A stretch of 64,000 nucleotides of DNA. Origin: an uncultured Acidobacteriota bacterium. GTDB taxonomy: Bacteria; Acidobacteriota; Terriglobia; UBA7540. The position numbers were made by a program, and so were the translations under genes. This document shows, one piece after another, positions 62,438-64,000 of this stretch. The number at the start of each line of letters is the position of its first letter. The stretch's first letter is position 1. Below the pieces are notes generated by a model. The model had not been told where the DNA came from, did no database searches, and worked only from the letters and a program-made list of their open reading frames with translations. The stretch covers positions 640,001-704,000 of the forward strand of contig CAWDSK010000005.1 in assembly GCA_963804995.1 (NCBI GenBank), written 5' to 3'.

Positions 62438-63997
62438 GTGGGGACCTTAGTGCGGAATAACGAAGGTGTCGGGAAAACGCTTCTTTTCTACCTGGGGCTG
62501 GCCGGCGCAGTCTGGCTGGTGCGGGGCTGGATCCTCGCGGGCAATTACAAGACCGTCATCTTGGTTCCCCTAAGTCTCGCTTTGCTGGGCATCGCGGGCT
62601 TGATTACCGGTGACTGGAGGAAAGGGCTCTATGCTTTCCTGGCCTGGCTGTTGTTTGAGGACATGATCCGCAAGTACATGGGCAACAACATGGCAATCTA
62701 CTTTGCTAAAGACGCCCTTGTAGGAATAACCTACCTCTCGTTCCTGCTGGCTAAAACGCGTGAAAAGCGCATCATGTTCCGCGCTCCCTTTCTCTACCCG
62801 CTCGGGCTGTTTGTAGGTCTGGGTGTTGTCCAGGTGTTTAACGCCGATTCACCAAGCATTCTCTATGGTTTGATGGGCCTGAAAATCTACTTTTACTACG
62901 TTCCGTTGATGTTTGTGGGTTATGCGTTCCTCCGCGATGAGGAAGACTTGCGTCGCTTCCTGGTGTTCAATATGGGGATCGCCGCGGTTATCGCTTCGAT
63001 TGCCATCGCTCAATCGGTCTTCGGGCTCAGTTTCCTTAATCCGAGCGGAGGCGCGGAAATTGATGAACTGGGACACCTGACGCGGTTCACATCTACAGGT
63101 GTAGCGGTGTCACGTCCCCCTTCGGTTTTCGTGAGTGAGGGCCGATGTGCTTGGTATCTGATTCTTACTTTCATAATGGGCTTGGGGGCGGCGGGGTACC
63201 TGCTCCTCAAAACGCCCAGAGGCCGAAAAGTTGTCTTTCCCGGCTTGCTCTTGGTGAGCGTTGCGGCCATGATGAGTGGGTCGCGTGGGTGCGCATCATA
63301 CGTCGTTATCAGCGCGCTGGTTCTCTCTGCTGCCTTGCTCTGGGGTGCGCCACCACGCGGGCTCGAGGCCTACCGGCTCTTCAAAGCCATCCGCAGGAGC
63401 TATATGGTGGTTGCGTTGGGCTTGTTCCTGATGCTTGTGGTTTTCCCCGAAGCTATTGGAGCACGCTGGACTTTTTATGCGGAGACCTTGGACCCGAGAA
63501 GTGAAAACTTTGAGGCTTCGAAGCGTGCGTGGGATTATCCCGTTGATAACCTGATGTTGGCGTTTACGGACCCGGAGTGGCCGCTTGGACACGGCATCGG
63601 GACGTCATCATTGGGTGTGCAGTATGTTGCGAAAGTATTGGGACCAGAAGTCGATGCTTCGATACATCGAATGGGCCTCGAAGAGGGATTCGCAACGTTG
63701 ATCTTCGAACTCGGAATCCTTGGCCCGATTCTTTGGTTATTTTGGGCCGGGAGCCTTATCTACACTACCTGGAAAACAGTAGTGCGGGTCAAAGGGACTT
63801 CGACCTTTCCTCTAGCGATTTGCATCTGGTGGTTTGGATTCCTGCTCCTCTTTCCCTTCACCTATGGAGGCTTCCAACCGTATCAGAATTTCGTATATAA
63901 CGCCTACTTTTGGCTTCTAACCGGAATTCTCTTCAGTCTGCCGAGGTTGAGTGAACAAGGTTCTCTCCAACCCGAATCCCTCGTACGTTCCCGCTGA
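62438..63997 (+). CDS. Wzy-like polymerase / O-antigen ligase-family membrane protein
   Basis: About 12 TM segments; RPPSVF, MSGSRG, GHGIGTS, ELGILG. Confidence 0.7.
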   Translation: MGTLVRNNEGVGKTLLFYLGLAGAVWLVRGWILAGNYKTVILVPLSLALLGIAGLITGDWRKGLYAFLAWLLFEDMIRKYMGNNMAIYFAKDALVGITYLSFLLAKTREKRIMFRAPFLYPLGLFVGLGVVQVFNADSPSILYGLMGLKIYFYYVPLMFVGYAFLRDEEDLRRFLVFNMGIAAVIASIAIAQSVFGLSFLNPSGGAEIDELGHLTRFTSTGVAVSRPPSVFVSEGRCAWYLILTFIMGLGAAGYLLLKTPRGRKVVFPGLLLVSVAAMMSGSRGCASYVVISALVLSAALLWGAPPRGLEAYRLFKAIRRSYMVVALGLFLMLVVFPEAIGARWTFYAETLDPRSENFEASKRAWDYPVDNLMLAFTDPEWPLGHGIGTSSLGVQYVAKVLGPEVDASIHRMGLEEGFATLIFELGILGPILWLFWAGSLIYTTWKTVVRVKGTSTFPLAICIWWFGFLLLFPFTYGGFQPYQNFVYNAYFWLLTGILFSLPRLSEQGSLQPESLVRSR

Positions 63998-64000
63998 TGG

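Overview
GC-rich bacterial DNA, most consistent with an Acidobacteriota/Terriglobia-like genome (inferred from gene repertoire and repeat style, not verified). It has three parts. (1) 1-15.7 kb: minus-strand genes for secreted or Tat-exported, carbohydrate-related and catabolic proteins (discoidin-domain protein, SelA/DgaE-like PLP enzyme, bicupin, M81 peptidase, GH109-like oxidoreductase). These are interspersed with REP/MITE repeats, a decayed HigBA module between ~250-bp direct repeats, and an IS4-family element with clear TIRs and a 12-bp target duplication. (2) 15.7-23.5 kb: a putative defence/mobile island with a translationally coupled pair of unannotated genes (double Zn-ribbon/winged-helix protein and HEPN-like/winged-helix protein), a helicase-less type ISP/IIG-like restriction-modification fusion carrying an in-frame REP insertion, a complete group II intron inserted in a REP hairpin, and a pemK/mazF remnant. 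(3) 24.1-64 kb: a >40-kb plus-strand polysaccharide locus headed by a UpxY/RfaH-type antiterminator, with Wza, Wzc, Wzm/Wzt, Wzy-like and ligase-like genes, amino-sugar synthesis genes, GT2/GT4/GT11/GT-C transferases, methyltransferases, a carbamoyltransferase and a sulfatase-like enzyme. Two genes in this locus sit between diverged duplications of neighbouring gene junctions. About a dozen frameshifts suggest sequencing indel errors or local decay. Best candidates for new biology: the Zn-ribbon/HEPN pair beside the RM gene, and REP hairpins as landing sites for an IS, a MITE and a group II intron whose putative EBS1 matches the REP arm. All family assignments are by eye, without database searches.
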